Source: Methanomicrobiaceae archaeon (lineage in GTDB: Archaea; Halobacteriota; Methanomicrobia; Methanomicrobiales; Methanoculleaceae). Taken from it: a stretch of DNA of 64,000 nt. Position 1 is the stretch's first letter. The number at the start of each line of letters is the position of its first letter. Location: assembly GCA_020854755.1 (NCBI GenBank), contig JAHKLN010000011.1, positions 2,131-66,130 of the forward strand. The letters run 5' to 3'. Both the position numbers and the translations under genes were made by a program. Below, in pieces: positions 9,683-19,087 of the stretch. Under the pieces are notes generated by a model. It saw nothing but the letters and a program-made list of their open reading frames with translations, did not search any database and was not told the origin of the DNA.

Positions 9683-9766
9683 GTACTCGTGTCTGATCGG
9701 CGGTCCGGGAGCTGCCGGCATCCCTATCCCTTCCGGTCCGGTTCTTATACTTACATTGCTCATATA

Positions 9767-9774
9767 TTTAAATA
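9767..9774 (+). promoter_or_regulatory. TATA-box-like element (TTTAAATA) upstream of the vapB-like gene
   Basis: TTTAAATA ends 22 nt before ATG 9797. That spacing is compatible with a leaderless or near-leaderless archaeal transcript. Confidence 0.4.
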
Positions 9775-9796
9775 TTTAAACCTTACACGTAGATGC

Positions 9797-10036
9797 ATGG
9801 GCACGATCACGCTGAGCATCGATGATCAGACGGAGCGGGCATTCCGGAGGCTGGCTGAAAAAATTCTCGGGAAGCGGAAGGGAGCGCTCGGTGAAGCGGC
9901 GACCGAGGCGATGAACCTCTGGATCCGGGAAAAGACACAGGAGGCGATCGCCAGGGACGCTCTCGACCAGGCTGATAAGGCGTATCATCTCGGCGAGAAG
10001 AGGTATGCGTCGAGGAAGGACCTGTATGACCGGTAA
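9797..10036 (+). CDS. VapB-type antitoxin (small DNA-binding protein)
   Basis: 79 aa from ATG 9797 (MGTITLSIDDQTERAFRRLAEK...). It overlaps the downstream PIN gene by 11 nt. Confidence 0.7.
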   Translation: MGTITLSIDDQTERAFRRLAEKILGKRKGALGEAATEAMNLWIREKTQEAIARDALDQADKAYHLGEKRYASRKDLYDR

Positions 10037-10463
10037 TCCACCGCTGATCGACACGAATATCCTCGTCTCCCTCTTCGATGCGGACGCACCCGAAAAGCGG
10101 CGCGTCTCAAAGGATCTCGTGGCTGCATGCTGGCGGTCGGAGACACGCTACTCGGTCTCGGTGCAGAACCTCGCCGAGTTCTCGGTGGTCGTGACCGAGA
10201 AGGTCGAACACCCGATGCCGGCTGAGGACGTGCAACGCTTCGTCCGGAACATCCGGGACTTTGAAGGCTGGAACGTCGTCGGATACGGGAGCGGGACCAT
10301 CCTGCACGCCCTGGAGATCCGGGAACGCTATCATGTCCACTTCCGGGACGCACTCCTGGCTGCAACGATGATCGAGTCCGGTATCGGGACGATCATCACC
10401 GAAGATGCGCATCTCCTGCGCATTCCCGGTATCACGGTCACCAACCCGTACCGGCATGGATGA
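10026..10463 (+). CDS. vapC: PIN-domain toxin (VapC-type ribonuclease)
   Basis: Start at ATG 10026. PLIDTNILVSLFD, FRDALLAATM and IITEDAH supply the PIN acidic residues. Confidence 0.85.
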   Translation: MTGNPPLIDTNILVSLFDADAPEKRRVSKDLVAACWRSETRYSVSVQNLAEFSVVVTEKVEHPMPAEDVQRFVRNIRDFEGWNVVGYGSGTILHALEIRERYHVHFRDALLAATMIESGIGTIITEDAHLLRIPGITVTNPYRHG

Positions 10464-10719
10464 TCGGTACGCTGGCGGAGGGCATCCCTCACGCTCCGCG
10501 CGCTTGCTGCCGGCACCAGCATTCATCCGGCGAAGCTCATGCCCGGTGACCTCCCGTGCCCCGGCATCCGGGCAGGGAGGCTCCCGGGATCGAGGCACTG
10601 GCCGAAAGACTGCCTGCAGGTGTCTCCTGCTCTCTCAATCGATGCAACAGGGCGAAGCCGCAGCGGCCGGTGCCAGTGCGTGAGCCGAAAAGAAGAGGAT
10701 GGAGAGGATACCGTCCCGC

Positions 10720-11634
10720 TTACTCTTCCCCTCTCTTCCGGGCGGCCGAGACTGCGTAGACCATTGCTATTCCTATCAGGAGGCCTGCAGGAACGACCAG
10801 GATCGGAAACTCAGGAACATCGGTTGTCGGTGGTTCCGACCCGGCGAGTGAAAACATTTGGATCCGGTGATTGCTGGTGTCGGCTACATAGACATATCCG
10901 TCGGGATCCACCGCGATCCCCGCCGGGTATTTGAACTCCCCTTCGCCGGAGCCTTCAGAGCCCCATTGTGCGACGAAGGTGCCGGTGCTGTCGAATTTCT
11001 GTATCCGGTGATCGAGTCGACCTGTCACAAAGACGTGCCCGCTGGCATCCGCTCCAACTGCGATGCCGTAAGGCTGGTTAAACTCTCCTTCGCCAGTGCC
11101 GGATGAGCCCCATTGTGCGATGAAGGTGCCGGCGCTGTCGAATTTCTGTATCCGGTGATTGTTGCTATCGGCTACATAGACATATCCGTCGGGATCCACC
11201 GCGATCCCGTGAGGCATCTGAAACTCCCCTTCGCCGGGGCCTTCAGAGCCCCATTCTGCGACGAAAGTGCCGGTGCTGTCGAATTTCTGGACGCGGCGAT
11301 TGTTCCTATCTATCACATAGACCCATCCATCCGCTCCAACTGCGATGCCGAAAGGCTGGTTAAACTCCCCTTCGCCAGTGCCGTATGAGCCCCATTGGGC
11401 GATGAAGGTGCCGGTGCTGTTAAATTTCTGGATCCGGTGATTGTTGCTATCGGCAACATAGACATGGCCTTCGGCATCCGCCGCGATGCCTTTTGGCAGG
11501 GGAAACTGTCCTGTGCCTTTGCCATGAGTGCCCCAGGCTGTGACGAACTGATACTCTTCAGCTGCCGCAACTGACGGCACCAGCATGACGCATGCAACAA
11601 TTGCTACAAGAAAGGCTATCTTCTTCATTCTCAT
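10720..11634 (-). CDS. secreted NHL-repeat beta-propeller protein with PEF-CTERM-like anchor
   Basis: Signal peptide MRMKKIAFLVAIVACVMLVPSVAAA. Five ~47-aa repeats of the form GEFxxPxGIAVDxDGYVYVADxxNHRIQKFDSTGTF. The C-terminus is PEFPILVVPAGLLIGIAMVYAVSAARKRGEE. Confidence 0.85.
   Translation of the reverse strand: MRMKKIAFLVAIVACVMLVPSVAAAEEYQFVTAWGTHGKGTGQFPLPKGIAADAEGHVYVADSNNHRIQKFNSTGTFIAQWGSYGTGEGEFNQPFGIAVGADGWVYVIDRNNRRVQKFDSTGTFVAEWGSEGPGEGEFQMPHGIAVDPDGYVYVADSNNHRIQKFDSAGTFIAQWGSSGTGEGEFNQPYGIAVGADASGHVFVTGRLDHRIQKFDSTGTFVAQWGSEGSGEGEFKYPAGIAVDPDGYVYVADTSNHRIQMFSLAGSEPPTTDVPEFPILVVPAGLLIGIAMVYAVSAARKRGEE
10820..11520 (-). repeat. tandem ~141-bp coding repeats (NHL blades); boundaries approximate
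   Basis: The same peptide unit recurs five times. The repeats also show in antisense ORFs 10858..11106 and 11113..11388, which translate almost identically. Confidence 0.7.
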
Positions 11635-12329
11635 CTCCTCCTGATGTGAGTATACAATCTGGCATCTCCCTGACCGATAGGTTCGGCGGCAGCGGCACGG
11701 TCACGATGCCGCAGAGCAGTCCGATCAGCAGTACCAGGACTCTCTTCACTCACACCGCTTCGCTTGCATCCACATGTCTGCATCGTTCAGGTCGAGAAGA
11801 TGCCTGTATGCCGGCTGATGGCCTTTCCGGGGCAGCAAGGGCCTTCTTGAAATCCTAGAGTTCCGTGAGGCAGGCCGATACGCCTTTCTCCGCCGGTAAT
11901 GCCACGATTGGGTTTTTACACTTCCTGTATTTATATCTTGGCTGGATTTTGCACTGTTGAATACAAGAAGAAAAAAACTATATTTTACATAACCCGTCAA
12001 AAATTTCCCTCTTATTCCTATAAAAAACTTCAATTTTTGGCATATGTATTGTTGGGATTTATATATGATAATTTGCAAAAAGCCTGCTCGAGGACTTTAT
12101 TATACAGTACATTGTATTCAGATTGTTGAATATAATCCAGCAAGAAATACCGCTATATAAAAGATGTCATTTGGATTATTGTTGTGCATGAAATATTCTG
12201 CCGGAAAAGACTCTTTAATCTCATAAACTTCTGATATGTCGTTATTCTCTCTTTTTCCGTTCGGCCGAAGATCTCGCGACGCTCTGCCGGACGTGCCGCA
12301 CCTGTTCCGTTTTAAAGCAACACCCCCCG

Positions 12330-12347
12330 GCCAGCCTCTGGGCTGGC
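12330..12347 (-). terminator. 7-bp GC hairpin just downstream of the 12354..12752 ORF
   Basis: GCCAGCC-TCTG-GGCTGGC lies 7-24 nt after the TAA at 12356..12354 and is followed on the minus strand by an A/T-rich tract. Confidence 0.3.
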
Positions 12348-12353
12348 TGCAGG

Positions 12354-12752
12354 TTAGCGGTGCATAGTATCCGCTGGTCTCCCTGCTGCGAGCCTCGACC
12401 CGGCAGCGGTGAGACCCGTATGCGAGACGACGGCCAGGTGGTCAGTGCCGCCTGCCGGCGCTACCTGCCTGTCGAGCGCGTACTCTCCTGTGCTTGCAGG
12501 GATTGCATGATAGTGAAAGATGATTGTGCCAACCGGGCCATCGGGGAAAACCGGCAGCGGAAAAGGCGTCACTCTCAAACTTCCCGGGCATAATGCATGC
12601 ATATATTCTCCCGGTTCACTGAATCTTCGAGGATTGCGGCATTCACAACTCTGGCTTATCCATTCCTCATTCGTGACATCGCACTTGAAGCCGGATCTCA
12701 TTCGGGAAATCTCCGGATTCAGGGAGGGGGATCCGTCTCCGTGATAAGGCAT
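12354..12752 (-). CDS. hypothetical protein (132 aa)
   Basis: ATG 12752 with GGAGG 10 nt upstream. No domain recognised. Confidence 0.4.
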   Translation of the reverse strand: MPYHGDGSPSLNPEISRMRSGFKCDVTNEEWISQSCECRNPRRFSEPGEYMHALCPGSLRVTPFPLPVFPDGPVGTIIFHYHAIPASTGEYALDRQVAPAGGTDHLAVVSHTGLTAAGSRLAAGRPADTMHR

Positions 12753-12945
12753 TTCGGAATGACCTCCTTATCATACCATTATCCGATCTTCATGTCGGCC
12801 CGGAAGAGTTTGGACCATCTTGTGAGATCATCCCTGTATCCGAACCGACTCTATGAACCAGATGCCTCCGGCAGGATGCATCAACCAACACTGATCAGTG
12901 CTGAATCAACCCATTTCAGCAGATTGATGTGTTCTGCGGCTCCAG

Positions 12946-13647
12946 ATGAGTATACCTATGATGGCAATGGGCCGCATCACCTCGCCAATCCTGAAGCTAT
13001 CTGCAATTCTGCTGATCTCGCTCGCCATCTGCTGCTCGGCCGGCTGCGTGGCATTTGAGGAGGCAACATCCACGGCAACGCCGGCATCGACTCCAACCGC
13101 GATGCATACCATCGCATCAACCCCGACACAAAAGGTTGCAGCAACAAAAACCCCCGCACCGGCGTCGACGCCTTCAGGGATCAATTCAGTCAGCACCGCC
13201 GCAATCGAGCAGGCAGTCTTTGCCCTCACCAATGAGGAGAGAGCAGATGCAGGAACGCCTGCTCTCCTCTGGGACGAGCGGCTGGCGGCGATCGCCCGGG
13301 AACACAGCCGGGATATGGCGGAGAACGATTTCTTCTCCCACGACAACCTTCGCGGCGAAGATCCCACTGCTCGGGCAGAGCGGCACGGTTACCCCACCCG
13401 CAAAGACCTCGGCGGGGGCTGGTACACAGACGGCATCGCCGAAAATATCGGCAAGATGCCGACCGGCAACGTCATCGGGATCGGGCATGTTGCCCGGGAC
13501 GCCGATGCGATTGCACGGGCTCTGGTGGACTCCTGGATGGAGAGTCCGGGCCACAGAGGGAACATGCTGGAGGCGGGGTATGACCGATTGGGGGTGGGGG
13601 TGGCATACGACGGGAAATACTATGTTGCAACGCAGAATTTCTGGTAA
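12946..13647 (+). CDS. CAP/SCP/PR-1 (YkwD-like) domain secreted protein with Thr/Pro-rich linker
   Basis: Signal/lipobox-like LLISLAICCSAGC, a TP-rich linker, and CAP motifs REHSRDMAENDFFSH and WMESPGHRGNML...GVGVAY. Confidence 0.85.
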   Translation: MSIPMMAMGRITSPILKLSAILLISLAICCSAGCVAFEEATSTATPASTPTAMHTIASTPTQKVAATKTPAPASTPSGINSVSTAAIEQAVFALTNEERADAGTPALLWDERLAAIAREHSRDMAENDFFSHDNLRGEDPTARAERHGYPTRKDLGGGWYTDGIAENIGKMPTGNVIGIGHVARDADAIARALVDSWMESPGHRGNMLEAGYDRLGVGVAYDGKYYVATQNFW

Positions 13648-13855
13648 CTCAGGCGATGATTCGGACGGAGGGGCTGGGCGGATCCAACTTTTCGAACCTC
13701 ATATCCGGCAGGTCCTCCGGAATGCTTGATCTGGCATTTGACTGCTACATTTCAAATGTCAGGTTGCTCTCACCGTGCCGGACATCTCAACTGCCGGGAT
13801 AGACACCCACAGCCGTTCCGGCATCCTTTTCCGTTCGCGGATGGTAGCCTCTGGT

Positions 13856-14344
13856 ATGACAGCACTCTCTATCGGCATGCCGGCACCCGACTTCTGCCTC
13901 CCGGACGCTGATGAGCAAACGGCCTGCCTTGCAGACTTTCGGGGAGGCTACGTGGTCGTCTACTTCTACCCAAAGGACAATACCTCGGGCTGCACCCTGG
14001 AGGCCCGGTCCTTCTCCGACGAGCTGGAGGCGTTTGCCCGATTAAACACCCCGGTCTTTGGGATCAGCCCGGACTCGGTCAAGAGCCATAAGAAATTCTC
14101 CGAGAAGCAGCACCTCGCCGTCCGCCTCCTCTCCGACCCCGATCGCCAGGCGATCGAGGCGTATGGCGTCTGGGTGCAGAAGAAGCTCTACGGCAGCGAG
14201 TACATGGGTGTCGACCGGAGCACCTTCATCATCGACCCCGAGGGAAAGGTTGCCGCCGTCTGGCGGAAGGTGAAGGTGAAGGGGCATGTGGCCGAGGTGA
14301 TGGAAAAGCTCGAGGAACTCACCGGAACAGGTGTTCCCCGGTAG
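13856..14344 (+). CDS. bcp: peroxiredoxin, Bcp type
   Basis: Start at ATG 13856 (MTALSIGMPAPDF). VVVYFYPKDNTSGCTLEA carries the peroxidatic Cys motif; GISPDSVKSHKKF follows. Confidence 0.9.
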   Translation: MTALSIGMPAPDFCLPDADEQTACLADFRGGYVVVYFYPKDNTSGCTLEARSFSDELEAFARLNTPVFGISPDSVKSHKKFSEKQHLAVRLLSDPDRQAIEAYGVWVQKKLYGSEYMGVDRSTFIIDPEGKVAAVWRKVKVKGHVAEVMEKLEELTGTGVPR

Positions 14345-14459
14345 GTGCAGGGTTGTCCTGGCACCAAGGAGCACTACGACACCCGGAAGGGAACGGCATC
14401 TCCCCGAATCCGAAAGAGATAATGCTTCCCGGATGGTACTACCCATATAGAGGAGTCTG

Positions 14460-14771
14460 ATGCACCCGATTATACGCGACAAGATCCGCGACATCGCCTC
14501 GATTGCCGCACGCCGCCGGGTGAAAAAGCTCGCGGTCTTCGGCTCGGCGGCGGGCGACCGGTTCAAGCCCGCGGAGAGCGACATCGATTTTCTCGTCGAG
14601 TTCGAACCGATGACCCCAGTGGAACATGCAGAGGCGTACTTCGGTCTCGAAAAAGACCTGGCCGAGCTATTCGACCGCGAAATCGATCTCGTGGAGCTAT
14701 CCGCGATCAGAAACCCGTTCTTCCGTGAATCCGTGGAAGAGACCCGCAAGGATGTATATGCCGTCGCGTGA
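14460..14771 (+). CDS. mntA: nucleotidyltransferase antitoxin (MntA-type)
   Basis: FGSAAGDRFKPAESDIDFLVEF matches the GSx10-ishDxD minimal NTase motif. AGGAG RBS is present and the gene overlaps the downstream HepT gene. Confidence 0.85.
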   Translation: MHPIIRDKIRDIASIAARRRVKKLAVFGSAAGDRFKPAESDIDFLVEFEPMTPVEHAEAYFGLEKDLAELFDREIDLVELSAIRNPFFRESVEETRKDVYAVA

Positions 14772-15099
14772 GAGCAGGAAGTATCTCTACGATATCACAG
14801 AGGCCGCAGACTATATCGCACGCTTCACCGCCGGGAAGACCTATGAGGAGTACCGCAGCGATCCCATGCTCAGGTCCGCCGTTGAGAGGCAGTTTGAGAT
14901 CATTGGTGAAGCGCTCAATCAGCTCCTCCGGCGGGAGCCGGGCATCAGGAATAAAATCTCCGATGCACCCCTGATTATTGCGTTCAGGAATCGCCTGATT
15001 CATGGGTATGCAACTGTGTCCGATGAGGTTGTCTGGGGTGTCGTCGAAGGTTACCTGCCGGTTCTCTCAGGTGAGGTGCGGTCACTCTTGAGAGAATAG
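14758..15099 (+). CDS. hepT: HEPN/DUF86 toxin (HepT-type)
   Basis: Start at ATG 14758 (or 14752). FRNRLIHGY carries the Rx4H HEPN motif. The protein is ~113 aa. Confidence 0.85.
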   Translation: MPSRESRKYLYDITEAADYIARFTAGKTYEEYRSDPMLRSAVERQFEIIGEALNQLLRREPGIRNKISDAPLIIAFRNRLIHGYATVSDEVVWGVVEGYLPVLSGEVRSLLRE

Positions 15100-15124
15100 G
15101 TGGTTGATAACGTGACCGTATAGG

Positions 15125-15361
15125 TCATTCCTTCATACAGAACTCGTTCTCGATCTCATGCTCGGAGTAGAACCGACCAGCGCGGATATCCTCGAGAGCA
15201 TCCTCAATCCCCCGGATCGTCTCCTCGCTCAGGGGCTCCGCATCGACGGCCATCGCAATCAGGCGACCGATAACATCGTTATATGACTCTCCTGGATGCC
15301 GTTTCAAGGCATCAAGGCGTCTTTTGTTCTCGGGTGTGAGCCAGACCGTGGTACCGGACAT
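15125..15361 (-). CDS. small antitoxin-like protein (archaeal RelB-like), no adjacent toxin
   Basis: 78 aa. The C-terminal IRGIEDALEDIRAGRFYSEHEI resembles archaeal RelB-type antitoxins (recollection). Confidence 0.5.
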   Translation of the reverse strand: MSGTTVWLTPENKRRLDALKRHPGESYNDVIGRLIAMAVDAEPLSEETIRGIEDALEDIRAGRFYSEHEIENEFCMKE

Positions 15362-15475
15362 GTCACTGCCAATAGGCGGTTATTGCTATTGAGATCTGTG
15401 ATAAAAAGCGTTCGTCGCCTGTACGCCACCCGGCAGAAATCCGGGCAGCCGGTTTTCCCAGATCCGTTGGCTGGT

Positions 15476-16141
15476 CTACTTCTCATCTCCGGCAGCACAT
15501 GCCAGTTCGCAGGCACGGCAATGGTCGACCCGCTCTCTGCCGGAGGCTTTATCGGTGCTCATCCTTTTCGAACAACGCTCCCGGCTGTACCTGCCGGTGC
15601 GAAAGGCATCCATCGGGCAGGCGCGGATGCAGTATTCCTCGCAGCCTGCGCAGGGGTGTGCAGCCGCCGGCAGAGCCGGGTCAGGGCTCTCCAGGTCCGC
15701 CCAGACCGCCCGGAACCGAACCCGCGGCCCGAAGCCCGGGACGAGGACGAGATTGTTCCTCCCCATCACCCCGATGCCCGCCATGCACGCCGCGTCCTTC
15801 AGGTAAATCCCGCCGTCATAGATCTGGTAGGGGATGACCCGGGCCCGGATGCCGTACTCTTTCTCCAGCCAGAGGGCGAGCTCTCTGCCGATACCCGCGA
15901 GGATCCGATCCCCGGGCGTTCCCCGCTCCGGCTCCCAGAGGTCTAATTCGGGATGCTCCGGGTCGTGGGAGAGGCCCAGGATGATGTACGTTCCCCGGTC
16001 TGTCTGGAATCCCTGGTAGCCGTCGGCGGCTGCCGAAGGGCAGTTAATGAGCCGGGCTGCAGGGACGGCGCCGGCCGCGTCCGCTCCGAGTGCGCGTGCT
16101 CTCCGGAGCGCTGCGTTGAGGATCTCGCGGTCGTCCGGCAT
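15476..16141 (-). CDS. 4Fe-4S cluster protein, epoxyqueuosine reductase (QueG)/reductive-dehalogenase-like
   Basis: Start at ATG 16141 (MPDDREIL...). Cys clusters CAGCEEYCIRACPMDAF and CRACELAC. Confidence 0.65.
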   Translation of the reverse strand: MPDDREILNAALRRARALGADAAGAVPAARLINCPSAAADGYQGFQTDRGTYIILGLSHDPEHPELDLWEPERGTPGDRILAGIGRELALWLEKEYGIRARVIPYQIYDGGIYLKDAACMAGIGVMGRNNLVLVPGFGPRVRFRAVWADLESPDPALPAAAHPCAGCEEYCIRACPMDAFRTGRYSRERCSKRMSTDKASGRERVDHCRACELACAAGDEK

Positions 16142-16648
16142 TGCAGGAAGAGTGGATGCGAGGGGTGAAGAATGATCCGGTTGTTCGGGTTCTGAAAAGG
16201 GGAAAGGCGGTAACTTTTCACAGTATCGGGATATCTCTGTTATTTGTGCCCGCGCCGGTGCTCTCGATCTCAATGGGATGCGGTGATGCATTGGCCAATC
16301 TGCGTGAGTGCTCATGAGGTCAGAGTGAAGAGTGGCGATCCCGGTGCTGGTTGCGGGCAGGTTAAGCCCCCGTATTGCAGATCTAAAACCAGATAAAGTA
16401 TTTGAATCCGGTGCTGCTCTCGCCAGGCCATGCCGCCTGCTATCCGGGGATAAACCCGCCGCAATACCGCTCCGGGATGCCGCATATCTGCAATTATTAG
16501 AAAAGCTTTATTTAGTCAGGCCGGATATCGCTCGGCGATGGCAGCTCCCCGGGCAGTCTGCGGTCTACCGGCATAATACACGAAGCAACGACAAAAACCA
16601 TGAAGATGGAGGCCGGGCTGCCCCCGGGCGGGCAGGAGTCCTGTACAT

Positions 16649-18142
16649 ATGGCAAAGAAATCCCTGGTAATCCCGGATGACCGGAGTGTCATCGTCGTCT
16701 CAGATCTGCACCTGGGGTCGCAGGAGGGCCTGGAAACAGCGAGGCGGTTCTATAGGTTTCTGGAGCATCTCTCGAATGGCTGCATACCTCTTCCCGATGC
16801 CTGCCGTGCGGGAGGTGCGGCTGCATCCCCTGATCCTGCCACGAGGGAGTGTTTGCTTCCGCCGGAGGCGATCATTCTGCTGGGGGATATCCTCGAACTC
16901 TGGGATCCGAGAAACCAGGACCGGAACATGGCATACACCGATGCATTTCAGCCATTCTTAACGATGCGGGATATGGACTGCGATGTGATCTACGTGGCCG
17001 GAAACCATGACGAGGATATTGTAGAGATCATCGAATCGTATGATGAGGAGTTGGGGCAGCTAGAGCAGTCAGAGAATGGCCTTCTCCAGAACTATAGGAT
17101 CGAGTATCTCAAGGAGGAGGGTCGGCAGAAGCCGGTGAGCCTCAAAATTCCGTGGAGAGGCTCCCGCAAACTCGAGATCTGCAGCCGCAAATATCCCGCC
17201 CCGCGTCTCAAAGGTGGGGAGCTGGGTATTGATGTAGGAGGCACCAGATATGCGTTCCTTCACGGCCAGCAGTTTGATCGGGAGCAGATCACCTATACGA
17301 CAAGCCAGGTACTGGGGAGACGGTTTGATCCGGTGGATTTCTTCCAGGATCTTGCCTGCACCTCAGTGGCAAGGATGTTCAGGCTGACAAGACCGGGGAA
17401 GAATCCTCTGCTGACTATTGGCATCTTTCTGGCAGCAATCCTTCTGGCAGCAATTCCACTCTGGGCGGTTCTCGCATCGGATTCTGGCATCTGGCGTCCA
17501 GTTATCGGTGCATTAGGGGGCATCCTGCTGGCATTGATATCTCTCTACTATGGGCTGTTCAGGTTTGGGGATAAAGAGCGCGACTATCCCTCCTCGGCTG
17601 TCTTAGGACTTATCTGCGCTCTGATATTCATTCTTGTCGTTGGGGCACTCTGGGCTGGTATGATGAATTATCTGTTCTATATCCCGTTAATATTGTCAGG
17701 TTATTTCCTTGCGGTCATCGGCATCCCGGTCGCCATTTCCGTTGTGAAAAAGAGATTCTACAATAGGTTGTCCTCAACCAGAGATTGGACTTCGGAAAAG
17801 ATAATGAACCCACAAAAGAGCAGTTTCGACCCGAGCAAGTATCTGTATGAATCCCCGGTCCTGGTGTTCGGTCACACCCACATACCGGACTTCGAGCGGG
17901 GGAATCTGGAGACCGGACGGATCCGCCTCTTCGTCAATTCAGGCTCGTGGATGAGAGAGGACGGTAAATCGAATGCAGACCTGGATACTTTTATCTATAT
18001 CGATAAAGCGGGCATATGCTGTCTGCGGTGGAACGATGAAGAGGGCAGGGTAGAGTGTTATAGAAAGGATAAGGGCGGTCCGGAGGGCAAGGTCCCTCTC
18101 TGCGAATACATTCTGAAGAGTAATATTCAATTGAGGGATTGA
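16649..18142 (+). CDS. calcineurin-like metallophosphoesterase with an internal multi-helix membrane insertion
   Basis: MPE motifs appear in order: VVSDLHLG, LLGDILELWD, VAGNHDE, LHGQQFD, then VFGHTHIP. About 130 aa of hydrophobic helices (LLTIGIFLAAILLAAIPLWAVL..., ILLALISLYYGLF, LICALIFILVVGALWAGMM, LILSGYFLAVIGIPVAI) lie between the fourth and fifth motifs. Confidence 0.8.
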   Translation: MAKKSLVIPDDRSVIVVSDLHLGSQEGLETARRFYRFLEHLSNGCIPLPDACRAGGAAASPDPATRECLLPPEAIILLGDILELWDPRNQDRNMAYTDAFQPFLTMRDMDCDVIYVAGNHDEDIVEIIESYDEELGQLEQSENGLLQNYRIEYLKEEGRQKPVSLKIPWRGSRKLEICSRKYPAPRLKGGELGIDVGGTRYAFLHGQQFDREQITYTTSQVLGRRFDPVDFFQDLACTSVARMFRLTRPGKNPLLTIGIFLAAILLAAIPLWAVLASDSGIWRPVIGALGGILLALISLYYGLFRFGDKERDYPSSAVLGLICALIFILVVGALWAGMMNYLFYIPLILSGYFLAVIGIPVAISVVKKRFYNRLSSTRDWTSEKIMNPQKSSFDPSKYLYESPVLVFGHTHIPDFERGNLETGRIRLFVNSGSWMREDGKSNADLDTFIYIDKAGICCLRWNDEEGRVECYRKDKGGPEGKVPLCEYILKSNIQLRD

Positions 18143-18181
18143 CCGGCCTCTGGACCTGCGAAAAATGGGCAGAGGTCCGGC

Positions 18182-18817
18182 TCACCCGTTGAAATGGTGG
18201 AAATCGTGGCACTGGCGGAGATACTCCTGCTTCCGCTGTTTGCTCGGGTTGATCGGCGGTCTGAGGTAGCCCATCTCCGGCGTCTGGAGGGCCGGGCAGA
18301 ACGGGCAGAGAGCGGCATCGACATCGTTTGCCTTCTCCCGGACCGGGCAGTAGTACACCCCGTCGACGCTCGCGACCGTATCGCCGCCGGGAAACGGCAT
18401 GCCGACCGGATGGGCGGGGAGATCCTGCACGAACATGCAGAACGCGGCGAGGAGGAACTTCAGGAACCGGAGCCGGATCTGCTCGTCATTGCCGTGCGAG
18501 CACTGCGTCGCTACCATTGTCCAGTATCTGCCGGCATCCGGGTGGAGGGGCGCTTTCTGGTGGGCGTATGTGCCCTGCCGGTGCGCGAGGAGGAGGGCCT
18601 GGTAGGTCCCGTGCAGGTGACCGGTGATCATCTCTTCCAGTCTCCTCCGGTACTCGGGGCTCGTGCCCTGGAGCGATCCCGAAAAGTTCCATCGCATCTT
18701 CTTGAGGTCCGTCGGGGAGTAGGAGAGCGCGATGGCTGCGATCTCCCGGGCAAGCTCGCCCCGGTTCGTTGCCGACCCGAGTTTCGTACAATGCTGTGCG
18801 ATAGTGTCGTCATTCAT
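18182..18817 (-). CDS. UPF0305/DUF2115-like archaeal protein
   Basis: Start at ATG 18817 (MNDDTIAQ...). SPEYRRRLEEMI and C-terminal YYCPVREK...CPFCP resemble the methanogen UPF0305 family (recollection). Confidence 0.55.
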   Translation of the reverse strand: MNDDTIAQHCTKLGSATNRGELAREIAAIALSYSPTDLKKMRWNFSGSLQGTSPEYRRRLEEMITGHLHGTYQALLLAHRQGTYAHQKAPLHPDAGRYWTMVATQCSHGNDEQIRLRFLKFLLAAFCMFVQDLPAHPVGMPFPGGDTVASVDGVYYCPVREKANDVDAALCPFCPALQTPEMGYLRPPINPSKQRKQEYLRQCHDFHHFNG

Positions 18818-19087
18818 GGTTGATATCTCCGCAGAGCATGGATCCTGCGGCGGCCGGGCATGTCTCCTCTCTCCGGTACGCTGCAGGCGCTCGCCATGCT
18901 TCAGGCTGGAAGGGATGCGGTAGGCCCGGGCCTGCCAGGCAGCTCCCGTTTCCCGCGTCCTCTGGGATATCGACTGATACGCTGCCAATCCGGCCTCCGC
19001 TCCTCCTCCACATCCACCGCAATACTATTCGTGTTGAGGGGAAAAATTCTGCGGTTTCGGATACGGGGGAGATCGAACTATCCGCAT

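Noticed and set aside
11899-12129. 76-aa ORF inside the A/T-rich island
   Set aside because: Its composition (Lys/Tyr/Phe/Ile-rich) simply reflects A/T-rich DNA. No RBS or motif.
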